This document shows, in pieces, positions 19,922 through 29,937 of a DNA stretch of 64,000 nucleotides (positions within the stretch are counted from its first letter, which is position 1; every line of letters begins with the position of its first letter). The position numbers and the translations under genes are program-made. Source of the DNA: Candidatus Poribacteria bacterium (GTDB lineage Bacteria; Poribacteria; WGA-4E; UBA9662); assembly GCA_046582655.1 (NCBI GenBank), contig JAYGDX010000141.1, positions 17,055 to 81,054 on the forward strand, given 5' to 3'. Below the pieces are notes generated by a model that saw only the letters and a list, made by a program, of their open reading frames with translations, was not told the origin of the DNA and ran no database searches.

Positions 19922-21370
19922 ATGAAAAATGTTATTGTCATGATTACCGACACCTTTCGATATGACAATTTAAGAGATCTAGCTGAACGTCCAGTTCGTA
20001 CACCCGAACTAGACAAATTCGCGGAAGAACGGGCAACTTCCGTTGAAAAATTCTATATGGGAAGTTTCCCCACTATTCCGCACCGTACTGATTTTGCTAC
20101 TGGTGTTCTCGGTTGGCCACACTATGGTTGGCAACCGATAGATGTCAGTGGGCCAAACCATATCGCCAAACTAATTGGCCAAGCTGGTTATGCGACTCAA
20201 CTCATTGTTGACTGCCCACACCTTTTTAATTCGCGGTTTCAACATGATTTTGATGCCGCCTTTCAACATCGTGGACAGGAAGGAGATAAACCATTACTTC
20301 ATTTAAATGATCCAATTAAAACCGTTACGCCAGCTAAAAAAACTCGCACTCACCCAATGTTCCGAGGTCATTCACTAGTTGATACTCACCGGTGGACCAA
20401 CCGATACTATCGCTGTGAGGCAGATACATTTTCGGCTAAGACATCATCCACAACTATTCGGTGGTTGGAAGAAAATAGCCAAGCAGACCCCTTCTTTTTA
20501 TGGGTTGACTTCTTTGATCCGCATGAACCTTGGGATCCACCGGAATATCTGGTTCGTCGATACCATAATCACTATGATGGTCCACCGATGATGCATCCCA
20601 ACTATGGTCCTTCCTCCGCCTATACGGCAGAGGAACTACAAAACCTGTGGGCACACTACGCAGCGGAATCAGAACTGGTAGACCGTGCCATCGGGCGCGT
20701 CCTTCAAAAGATAGACGATCTGGAAATCTGGGACAATACCATCGTAATGGTTATGTCGGATCACGGCATGTCGATTGGCGAACACGGACAAACGGGCAAA
20801 TCCAACATTACTGCCGAAGACATCAGATACTGGCCCATCTATCCAGAGATTGGCCATGCCATATTGATGGTTGCTGGTGGGGACATCCCATCTGGCAATC
20901 GATTGGAAGCGATTGTGCAACCAATTGATCTCCTTCCAACACTATGCGATCTCGCCAACCTAGAGATTAATCCTCTCAAACCGTTTGATGGCATTTCCTT
21001 CGCAGATAATCTGTTGCAGGGAAAAGGTAAGCATCGAGACCATGCGGTAAGCGGCTGTCACTTGAAATCACCAGATTCAATGCCACCCAGACGATCCACA
21101 ACTCCATTTTTAGTCACTGACCGGTGGGGATACGCGCCAGTTGGAGCTTATGGAAAGCCTGAGCTGTACGAACTTGGTGTCGATCCGTTAGCCACAAATG
21201 ATATCGCCGATCAAAATGAACTGATTGTGAATGAACTGCATAGCCTATTTATTTCTCATCTGACGCACTATCAAGCTAGTGAGGAGTTCTTATCCTTCTG
21301 GCAAAAGTCGCCCGATAATCAAGTGGCTGGAGGCAGTTGGGCTATCGACTATCCGGAAGATAACAGCTAA
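19922..21370 (+). CDS. Sulfatase-like hydrolase (alkaline phosphatase superfamily) with TxPxR motif
   Basis: GGAGG RBS; ITDTFRYD, SFPTIPHRTD, FFDPHEPWDPP, MSDHG. Confidence 0.85.
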   Translation: MKNVIVMITDTFRYDNLRDLAERPVRTPELDKFAEERATSVEKFYMGSFPTIPHRTDFATGVLGWPHYGWQPIDVSGPNHIAKLIGQAGYATQLIVDCPHLFNSRFQHDFDAAFQHRGQEGDKPLLHLNDPIKTVTPAKKTRTHPMFRGHSLVDTHRWTNRYYRCEADTFSAKTSSTTIRWLEENSQADPFFLWVDFFDPHEPWDPPEYLVRRYHNHYDGPPMMHPNYGPSSAYTAEELQNLWAHYAAESELVDRAIGRVLQKIDDLEIWDNTIVMVMSDHGMSIGEHGQTGKSNITAEDIRYWPIYPEIGHAILMVAGGDIPSGNRLEAIVQPIDLLPTLCDLANLEINPLKPFDGISFADNLLQGKGKHRDHAVSGCHLKSPDSMPPRRSTTPFLVTDRWGYAPVGAYGKPELYELGVDPLATNDIADQNELIVNELHSLFISHLTHYQASEEFLSFWQKSPDNQVAGGSWAIDYPEDNS

Positions 21371-21435
21371 TCGTCAATTGATGCCACGATTAACACCTAG
21401 ATTAATAACGGGTTCATATCCAGAAAAAAGCATAT

Positions 21436-22635
21436 ATGATTTCCTTCGAACAATACATTCGGGAAAGCGCCATCACCCGGGTTGATATTGATACCTTTTT
21501 AGATCCCAATCAACCTACCTGGGCGCAGTTCGATTCAGAACTTGGATATATTCTGGGTAACGATATGCCGAAAGATGGTATCGACAGCAGTTACACTATC
21601 TCCACAGTGCAGGCTAACGGGCGAAGATCGGCTTACGCTTATTCTGACCGTTCATGTAGAATAAACACCTACGGTAATAGCTTTACCCAATGTCATCAGG
21701 TTAGTGATGGCGAAACCTGGCAAGAGTATCTGGCCGCACATTTAGGGGAACCGATTCAGAATTTCGGTGTTGGCGGATATGGAGTCTACCAAGCCTATCG
21801 CCGCATGTTGCGAACGGAAGCCACTGATAACGGAGCCGAATACATCATCCTTTATATCTGGGGAGACGATCACTATCGCAGCCTGTTGCGGTGTCGGCAT
21901 ATCTTAATCCATCGCTGGTGGGATCACGCCGGTGGACGGATGTTTCACGGGAATTTCTGGGCTAATCTTGAAATAGATCTTAATACTGGAAATTTTGTTG
22001 AAAAAAACTCGCTGATTTCAATGCAGGAAGACCTCTATCAGATGACCGATTCAGACTTTATGTTGGAGGCTACAAAAGACGATTTGATGCTACAGTTAAG
22101 CCTTTTTGACTACGTCGATTTCGACACACTCGATTCCGAAAGTCTTAATATTTTAGCTGAAATGTTGGGAGTATCTACCATCGACAGAAGCAACAGCAAG
22201 AAGTTAAAAGCATCAATCAGCAAGCTACGGGACGCTTACGGCTTCTCCGCTACTAAATACATTGTAAAACAAACCTTAAACTATTGTCAGAATCATCAAA
22301 AGGAGATGATGGTCATTACACTATGCCCGAGAGTCGTTCGACAGTTAATAGAAGGTCATAAACGATACGACCAAGAAATCGTTGATTTTCTCGTAGGTGA
22401 GAGCATTCAGCATTTTGATATGAACCTTGTTCATGCAGAAGATTACCGAAGTTTTCGCCTGTCAATAGACGATTATTTTAGTCGCTACTTTATCGGTCAC
22501 TATAACCCAACAGGGAATCACCTGTTTGCCTATTCTCTCAAGGGTCATCTTGTCAATTGGTTAGATCCTAAACCGATTACTTACCGTAGTAACCAACAGG
22601 AAACAATTGATTTTACAGGATATTTACTAGGTTAA
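21436..22635 (+). CDS. Hypothetical SGNH/GDSL hydrolase-like protein
   Basis: YGNSFTQ (block I-like), NFGVGGYG (block II), GHYNPTGN (block V-like). Confidence 0.65.
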   Translation: MISFEQYIRESAITRVDIDTFLDPNQPTWAQFDSELGYILGNDMPKDGIDSSYTISTVQANGRRSAYAYSDRSCRINTYGNSFTQCHQVSDGETWQEYLAAHLGEPIQNFGVGGYGVYQAYRRMLRTEATDNGAEYIILYIWGDDHYRSLLRCRHILIHRWWDHAGGRMFHGNFWANLEIDLNTGNFVEKNSLISMQEDLYQMTDSDFMLEATKDDLMLQLSLFDYVDFDTLDSESLNILAEMLGVSTIDRSNSKKLKASISKLRDAYGFSATKYIVKQTLNYCQNHQKEMMVITLCPRVVRQLIEGHKRYDQEIVDFLVGESIQHFDMNLVHAEDYRSFRLSIDDYFSRYFIGHYNPTGNHLFAYSLKGHLVNWLDPKPITYRSNQQETIDFTGYLLG

Positions 22636-22690
22636 TTTTATTGCTTAAACTTTAGTTAACTTATGATAGCTAGATTGATCAAAGAAAGAT

Positions 22691-23485
22691 ATGGTGATGG
22701 ACCATAAGGAAGTCGGCCGCTATTGGGACGCAAATGCCAGCACATGGACGAGATTGGCCCGCTCCGGTTGCGATATCTATCGAGATTACCTCAACACACC
22801 GGCTTTCTTCGATAGGTTACCAGATGTTAAATCACTCCAGGGTTTAGATATCGGCTGTGGCGAAGGTCATAATACACGACTCCTAGCAAAGCGTGGAGCC
22901 CGAATGGAAGCCATCGACATTTCAGAGATATTCATTGAGTACGCCAAGCAACTTGAAAACCAAGAAACACTGGGCATCGATTATCAAGTTGCCAGTGCGG
23001 TCGAATTACCATTTACCGATTGTTCGTTTGATTTTGCCACCGCCTTTATGAGTTTGATGGATATTGCTGAAATAGATTGCGTCCTAAATGAAATTCACCG
23101 TCTGCTTAGGCCCACCGGATTCCTGCAATTTTCTATTACACATCCCTGTTTTAACACGCCGCATCGGAGAAATCTGCGTGATCTGGATGGACAAACCTAT
23201 GCAATTGAAGTTGGTGATTACTTTCAAAATCCAAAGGGTAAAATTAAAGAATGGATTTTTGGAACTGCGCCACCCGAAATGAAGGCCGTATTACCGAAGT
23301 TTAAGGTCCCTCAATTCACGCTAACAATTAGTCAATGGCTAAACCTATTGATTAAAACGGGATTCACCTTGGAATACGTCAACGAGCCACGTCCAGATGA
23401 TGAAACAGTTCGTGTATGTCCCGAGATACAGGATGCTCGAGTCGTTGCCTACTTTCTACATATGCGTGTCAGGAAACCAGGTTGA
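22691..23485 (+). CDS. Class I SAM-dependent methyltransferase
   Basis: LDIGCGEG, AIDIS, LPF..CSFD, RLLRPTGFL. Confidence 0.92.
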   Translation: MVMDHKEVGRYWDANASTWTRLARSGCDIYRDYLNTPAFFDRLPDVKSLQGLDIGCGEGHNTRLLAKRGARMEAIDISEIFIEYAKQLENQETLGIDYQVASAVELPFTDCSFDFATAFMSLMDIAEIDCVLNEIHRLLRPTGFLQFSITHPCFNTPHRRNLRDLDGQTYAIEVGDYFQNPKGKIKEWIFGTAPPEMKAVLPKFKVPQFTLTISQWLNLLIKTGFTLEYVNEPRPDDETVRVCPEIQDARVVAYFLHMRVRKPG

Positions 23486-23586
23486 CAGATGACCCAGGTT
23501 TTACCGTTTCTAACTTCGTAAACCAAAGGCAGTAAGCAGAGCATCACCGGTGGATAGTCCTTCCAGCAACGATTTGAATAGACGAA

Positions 23587-25347
23587 TCACGAACGGGGTA
23601 TCTTATCAACCACCGGACCTTTCGGCGCGTCACCACTGTAAAGTGCCGATCCCCGCTCATAGGACACCTCAACAACACCGTCTTTCACTTCTAGTCGAGG
23701 CACGTTATGCTGTCTGGCATCCCGATCGGTTCCACGCATAACGGCCAACTGTGCGTCTGTCATCCCTTCTATCAAATGGTGACTCCACCGGTTCCAGGGC
23801 TGTGCCATCTCGCCGCCGCTACGGTGAAAGCTCCGTGAAGAATACTTGATCAAAACCGCTCGTCTGGGAATTGGGTTTTTCCAAGCTGTGGTTCCGTGAG
23901 TGAGTGCCCCATCAGCAAAAAACAGGACATCACCAGCTTTCATAACCAATTGCTCCACCAATCCCATATGGTCATCATAGGACCGCACACCTGGAGGCAA
24001 AGGATATTTCGCTTTATGCGAACCAGGTACACAGGCAAATCCACCTAGGCCTGGTAGAACATCCCGCAACTGCCAAGTGATCGTCACGGCTTCTGCATAG
24101 CTTCGGCCACTCTGAAATTGATAGCCCATCGGCGGATACATGGGTTCTCCACCATCGTGAAGGGAATGTCCAGAGGTTCCTTGCACTGCGCAGAACACCG
24201 TGGGGCCGCTCATTCGAGCACCGCTACCGCCCATCCAGTTCAACCGATGTTGCACAGGTGGGTAAGATACCATCCTTCGGAACGACTTGCAATATGGCTG
24301 AGGCAACTCCAGCAAACCGCCTAGCGTTGGACGTCCTGTCCCTGCCAAGCTTTTTGAACCCCGTGATAACTCTTCGCCCACCACAATTCGGTCTTGGAAC
24401 TGGTCTATGGCATGATTTGCCTCTTCCAACCACGCCTCGTTCATTACCCCACGCAACACCAGATATCCATTCAACTCCCAAAAATAGAATTCCTTATGAT
24501 CAATCCCAGAATCTATATCCAGTTTGTAAATTGATGGGTGGAACACTTCGCGCGACTCATCGAGTTCCACTGTCTCACCGTCCGTTACAACCACCGGTGG
24601 AGGTACTGAGTATTGATAATCCGGACGGTAAAGCGATGCACTTTGCTCGGTAGAAATATCCTGATGCCATTCAGGAGAAGGATTCTCCTTGGTCTTGGCT
24701 CCCGTCCCGGCAGACTGAAGAGCAGCCCTGCCAACATAAGGATAACTCAACAGTCGTTGCGGACCTTTCCCATTCCATGGTCGCATCCCCTGCAATATTG
24801 TTCCTGCTACCAGTAACAGGTCACCTGTCTTCAGCGACGGCTGAAACGTCAAGCCTACATCATCTCCGCCTGTGGCAACGTCTTCAGGCGTCTCCACGTT
24901 GGATTTGTGAGTACCCGGTACCATCACGAACCCGCCGTCACCTTCTTTCACATCAGCAAGTGCCCAGATCGCCTGAACCACTTGGCAATATCTACGCCCG
25001 TTCTGAAAATAGTAGGCTCTGGCCGGGTCTCTTGGCTCGCTACCACCAACAAGCGGTGCTGTCACATCGCAAGTGGAATCGCATAACAATTTGGGTTCTT
25101 GATCCAGCCGAAAACCATATCCAATGATCTGATTAAGATACCACACCAATCTGGAATGCACCAAAAGATCCCGAAACGGGGTTTGCAACGGAGCCGGCCA
25201 GCCTAACATTTCCCTGGTCTGTCCACTTTCGTCTAGTGCTTGACATAGTGCGTTGACCTCATCTCCGATCAATACCCCCGGAACATGCAGATAACCCGCT
25301 ACATCAAAGCAGTAGTTTTCCTCATTGCTCATCGTTCCCCAATCCAT
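23587..25347 (-). CDS. Tandem two-domain PhyH family protein
   Basis: GGAGG RBS 6 nt before ATG 25347; two domains (YCFDVAGYL...VPGTHK...GDLLL; YFWELNGYLVL...VPGSHK...AGDVLFF..ALTHG). Confidence 0.88.
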   Translation of the reverse strand: MDWGTMSNEENYCFDVAGYLHVPGVLIGDEVNALCQALDESGQTREMLGWPAPLQTPFRDLLVHSRLVWYLNQIIGYGFRLDQEPKLLCDSTCDVTAPLVGGSEPRDPARAYYFQNGRRYCQVVQAIWALADVKEGDGGFVMVPGTHKSNVETPEDVATGGDDVGLTFQPSLKTGDLLLVAGTILQGMRPWNGKGPQRLLSYPYVGRAALQSAGTGAKTKENPSPEWHQDISTEQSASLYRPDYQYSVPPPVVVTDGETVELDESREVFHPSIYKLDIDSGIDHKEFYFWELNGYLVLRGVMNEAWLEEANHAIDQFQDRIVVGEELSRGSKSLAGTGRPTLGGLLELPQPYCKSFRRMVSYPPVQHRLNWMGGSGARMSGPTVFCAVQGTSGHSLHDGGEPMYPPMGYQFQSGRSYAEAVTITWQLRDVLPGLGGFACVPGSHKAKYPLPPGVRSYDDHMGLVEQLVMKAGDVLFFADGALTHGTTAWKNPIPRRAVLIKYSSRSFHRSGGEMAQPWNRWSHHLIEGMTDAQLAVMRGTDRDARQHNVPRLEVKDGVVEVSYERGSALYSGDAPKGPVVDKIPRS

Positions 25348-25747
25348 CAGCAACCTCCTGTTTGGAAATTTAAGATTAGCCGAAACAACACTAACCCTGA
25401 GAGATTAATCCCACATTTCAGTCAATGAGCATTAACATCAATTTGGGACGAATTTAAATTCATTCTATCAAAATTAAATAAAAATCTGGACTAGTTTAGC
25501 ACATAAAAAAAGGTTAGACTAGCCCGGGATTTCTGGCACCATAAGGATAATAGATATCAACTAAAATCTGGCGGCTAAAGATAATAGCCACGCAGCCATT
25601 GCTGTGGTCACCTGATCCACAGTGAGATTGCCACGTGACTCAAAGATGAACGATGTCAAAGAGACGCGAACTTCTTTTCTGACTAACTGTTCCAGAGATC
25701 AAAGAGGATGTCAAAGTCTCACTGAACTGCAGATATAAAATCAAAAA

Positions 25748-27003
25748 TCAACAGACCAAACTGTGATAGCGTGCCAGCCAATAGGCTAACAAATAATCGA
25801 CGCCGCTATACTGAATATGAATGCCATGACGCCCTGCATACCCGGTTGCTCGACGAGCCTCCTCCCTCGCATAGTAGTTCCAGCCAAACTCTTTTGGTGG
25901 CCGCCACTCAATCGGCAGGTAATTGCCACGTCTGTTTGGAAGGCGATCTCTCTCCCAAGATATAAGCTAAAGGAATCTGTATTGGGCGCAGTAAGTCTCC
26001 ATCTTTTAGTAGGTCTCTGGCTCGCTGATCCCAACGGGTTTCGCCCGTTGTAGCATAGCGCAAACTTTCTGCCCCAACGTAAAGACCGGTGATCCAATCG
26101 GCATCCTCTTGCCACTGATTTTGTTGTGTGGTTGAGGGGAAACGGGTATCCAAAACCGAAACCACTTGCCCCTCAACTAGGCAACGCTGCCGAAGAAACT
26201 CCTCAATCCGATCTACTTTTTGCCGAAGTAGACACGTCCTCGACCATGGATCATCACCTTGACACACTAAGCGAGGAGACACAACTTCGTTTTCTAACAA
26301 GGGGACAAGATCGTGATAGGAAAACCCATTTTCTGATATTCCGAAAATAATCCATATCTTCTTCTAGGTTTAGACTCTTGTTCACCCCCCACAAATCACG
26401 AATCACCAGTATGTCCAGTTGACTTTGGTCGATCGCTTGCTGCCAAGATTTACGCCAAACTCGACGTAACCGCTTGACATGACCACACCATTCCTGATCC
26501 TGCTGATTGACTTCGTAATGCCGCCCTGTTAGTTTGGGACGAGGTCCAGATGCCGAACAAGCGACCGAATAGCCGAGTTGATGACAATGCGAAACCACTT
26601 GAAGTAAGAAGTTACCCCCCCCATTTTTTTTAGCGGTTGGTCTAGGTCGATCGGGATATAGAAGCCTGCCAATGAACCAGCATCTTAGTATAAATCGGCT
26701 AATTCGCTAGCCGTGGTTTGGCAACGTTGACTGAGTGCCTGTAATGACTTATCGTAATGCCATTCGGTAGTTGTGTAACAGGCATCCAGACCCAGCCAAA
26801 CATCAATCTGATGATCCACAGTAGTCTCAAGCAACTGTTTGATCCAGTCACCATCGCTAGTAAGATCCAGGTCTGATCATGAGTCTTTGATGGATAAAAA
26901 CTACGTCTGTGTCCGCTAGTCCATTTGCCATTCGCTTAACGTGAACAGCAAAACTGTTCCAACGGAGTGCCAAGATTGGATTGATGAAAAAACCGTCTAG
27001 CAT
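25748..27003 (-). pseudogene. Decayed fusion gene: DUF4434-like glycoside hydrolase domain + (alpha/alpha)-toroid domain
   Basis: Fragments across frames: MLDGFFI..., DWIKQLLETTVDHQIDVWLGLD...ELADLY*..SLAGFYIP, EDADWITGLYVGAESLRYATTG, LPIEWRPPKEFGW, SGVDYLLAYWLARYH; stops, frameshifts and internal deletions. Confidence 0.55.
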
Positions 27004-27480
27004 TTAAAACTTAGTGACTCGTTTAGAGATTGCCTAACAGCTTTTCATACTACTATAGTATCACAGAATCGGAAAATTGAGAGTGACATAGTATCTGCTT
27101 GCAGATGCGAGTCGAAAGCATTCCAGCGAGACCTTTTCATATACCATCATATCAGCAGATCAGCTTACTAAAATCAACCCAGATGCTTATAGCGGAACTG
27201 CCCAATTTAGTATGGTTACTGCCACGGCAACCTGAAGAAAATGGCGTGACTCTGGCACCAAAAAGTGCACTTAAATGTGGCGCGGTTCCGGAGGAATCCT
27301 TCTGTTTTCTCAGACACAATACCTCCGTCCAAGAATTCGCCAAGGAAGCAGGCAATCCCAATAATATCGGAGATAATCTGGTGATATATGCTGAAATGAT
27401 CTTAACCAGTCGTTGCAGTTGGCAGCGAGGATCTATGGCTCTTTGACCGTTTCTTAGCAAACTCCTCCTAGGCAACTAAA

Positions 27481-27750
27481 CTTGGTTTAATGTGCGGTAG
27501 AAAAAGGGGTTTGGAAATTAGAGCAACCGGCTGACAGACATTATTTGATGGAGATGACGAGAGAAAATTTGGTATCTACGCCATTCAGGTCGATCCCAAC
27601 TATCAGAATCAAGGTATTGGTACCAACACGATCAGAAGAACTCTGATGATTCCAGCCGAGCATGGAATTCCAGAGTTCCATCTTTGAAGGAAAGATGATC
27701 CTTGTGCTCAATCGCTGTACGAGCCCTTGGATTCCAACCAACCGAGGCAA
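27481..27750 (+). pseudogene. GNAT acetyltransferase remnant
   Basis: IYAIQVDPNYQNQGIG (acetyl-CoA motif A) followed by AQSLYE; in-frame TGA stops on both sides. Confidence 0.55.
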
Positions 27751-27948
27751 TATAATATAGAAGAGGCAAAACAATAGGATGTAGGTACAGGAGATTAACT
27801 GGCACACTTCGTACCTGATCTCCGACACTGGACCAAGGACAAGCTATAATTTTTTAATCTGAATTGCCTACCGCGTCCCTCACCTCTCCCATGGCGATGG
27901 TCTTATGACCTGGCCAATACATGTGGTTGAGTAACAGTTGCCTCGCTT

Positions 27949-27976
27949 TTGAAAAAAATGATTTTTAGGGTAAAAT
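27949..27976 (+). promoter_or_regulatory. Possible sigma70-type promoter for the sulfatase
   Basis: TTGAAA-N16-TAAAAT about 40 nt upstream of ATG 28016. Confidence 0.25.
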
Positions 27977-28015
27977 ATATGTTAGAAGTCAGCATATTTT
28001 AAAGGACCATTTCCG

Positions 28016-29404
28016 ATGTCGGACTCAAAAAGCCAACCCAACTTTCTATGGATCTATGGCGAAGACCTGTCACCAGACTTAGCTTGTTATGGTACCCTTG
28101 TTGTACAAACCCCAAACCTGGATCGCTTGGCAGCCGAGGGTGCTCGGTATACCAACGCTTTTGTTACCTGCTCAGTTTGTTCTCCCAGTCGATCTGCCAT
28201 TATCACAGGAACTGACCAAGTCAGCTTTGATGCCCACAACCACCGTAGTAATCGAGACAAACCTTTACGTCAGGAGATGCAACTAATTACCGATTGCTTT
28301 CGCTCAGCTGGCTATTTTACCAGTAACAGTCCAGGTCCACCTTACAATCGAGCTGGCAAAACTGACTTCAATTTTGTCGCTGAAAATCCATTCGACGGAA
28401 TTGATTGGAGCCAACGTGCTGATGGACAACCCTTTTATGCTCAGATCAACATTCCTGTAACACATCGTGATTTTGTACCAGATCTTAATCGACCAATTGA
28501 CCCAGAAGATGTCGAGATTCCACCCTATTATCCCAACCACCCGATTACTCACAAAGATTGGGCAATGTATTTGGAGAGTATTCAAGTTTTGGATCGAAGA
28601 GTAGGCTGGATCCTCAAACGATTAGACGAGGAAAACTTAACCGAGAACACTGTCATCTTCTTCATGAGCGATCATGGTCGTGCACATCCTAGAGGGAAGC
28701 AGTTTTTGTACGACGGCGGTACTCGGATTCCGCTAATTGTACGTTGGCCAGATAAAATCGAAGCAGGTACAATTGTCGAGGATCTCGTGAGTGGTGTCGA
28801 TTTCGCTCCTACTACCTTGTCGATTGCGGGATTAGAAGTGCCCGATTTCATGCAAGGTCAAATCTTCTTGGGAGAGCAAGCCAATCAGCGTCGTGCCGTT
28901 TTTTCGGCTCGTGACCGATGTGACGAAACCGATGACCGCATCCGAGCCGCCAGAAACAAACGGTTCAAATATATCCGGAATTATTATCCCGACCGACCTT
29001 ATACTCAATTTAACGCCTACAAGAAGAACCAATATCCAGTACTAACGCTGATGGAAGTTCTCCACGATCAAGGAAAACTAACATCAGAACAGGCTCAGTT
29101 CATGGCCGAAACACGGCCAGTAGAGGAATTTTACGACCTAGAGTCCGATCCATACGAACTGAATAATCTGATTGAGCACTCAGATCTACAAGATCAGGTA
29201 GCTAGACTTAAACATGAATTAGATCAGTGGATTCATCAAACAGGCGATATGGGTGCCATTCCAGAATCGGAAGAAATCGCAACAGCCTGGGATCAACAGA
29301 TGGCAAACTAATTTTCAAAATGGATGCAGGAAAAAGGATTATCCGCTGAGACCGACAATCTAACCTATTTGGACTGGTGGGAACAGCAACTTGGGTGCGA
29401 CTAG
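28016..29404 (+). CDS. Cys-type sulfatase; in-frame TAA at 29309-29311 removes the last ~30 codons
   Basis: WIYGEDLS, VCSPSRSA (CxPxR), MSDHG, RGKQFLYDGG, YDLESDPYE; frame continues FSKWMQEKGL...YLDWWEQQLGCD to TAG 29404. Confidence 0.88.
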
Positions 29405-29458
29405 GTCAACTGCGAAGTGAGTTGCTCATTTTTTGTTTAAGGAATTTGTATTTATACA

Positions 29459-29669
29459 CTAATTAACCGGCAAATCGAGCATTTTCGACAACAAGGATAT
29501 TTAGAGCTGTTTGAAACCATGACCGAGGCACTACGATCACAATCAGAATCCGCATGAATGGACCAACGTGGAAACGAATGAAGCATATGCCGGCATCAAA
29601 AAAGAGCTTCGTCAGCAATTAATGCATTGGCTTGAGGGAAGCAAGATACCGCAAGGATACAAAGGTTGA
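29459..29669 (+). pseudogene. Mosaic remnant: PhyH N-terminus abutting a sulfatase C-terminus
   Basis: LINRQIEHFRQQGYL (29459-), then HYDHNQNPHEWTNVETNEAYAGIKKELRQQLMHWL (29529-29669). Confidence 0.55.
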
Positions 29670-29693
29670 AAAAGAAGACCATGGCACCCCTGG

Positions 29694-29893
29694 ATTACCC
29701 CACCAAACATGCAGACAGCCTGCTACATCAAAGCAGTAGTTTCCTTCGCTGCTCATCGCTACCCAATCCATCAGGAACCTCTTGTTTGGAATGGTAAGAT
29801 TAGCCGAAATCTCACTATTTCTAAAGAGGAGATTAACCCCGCGTTCCAGTCAATGGGCCTTAACATCAATTTGGGACAGATTTATAGATCATT
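29694..29893 (-). repeat. Diverged duplicate of 25271-25465 (5' end and upstream region of the tandem PhyH gene)
   Basis: Shared blocks such as gctacatcaaagcagtagttt, ccaatccatcag, taagattagccgaaa, cagtcaatg, ttaacatcaatttgggac; encodes MDWVAMSSEGNYCFDVAGCLHV vs MDWGTMSNEENYCFDVAGYLHV. Confidence 0.85.
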
Positions 29894-29937
29894 TTTCAAA
29901 ATAAATCAATGCCTCAAGTTCCTAAGTCTAGATATGT

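Noticed and set aside
26614..26631. C8/T8 homopolymer tracts as a phase-variation switch
   Set aside because: Inside a gene with several other lesions, so slippage could not restore it
27099..27475. Overlapping 115-aa (+) and 107-aa (-) ORFs
   Set aside because: No recognisable motif or RBS; lies in a decayed region
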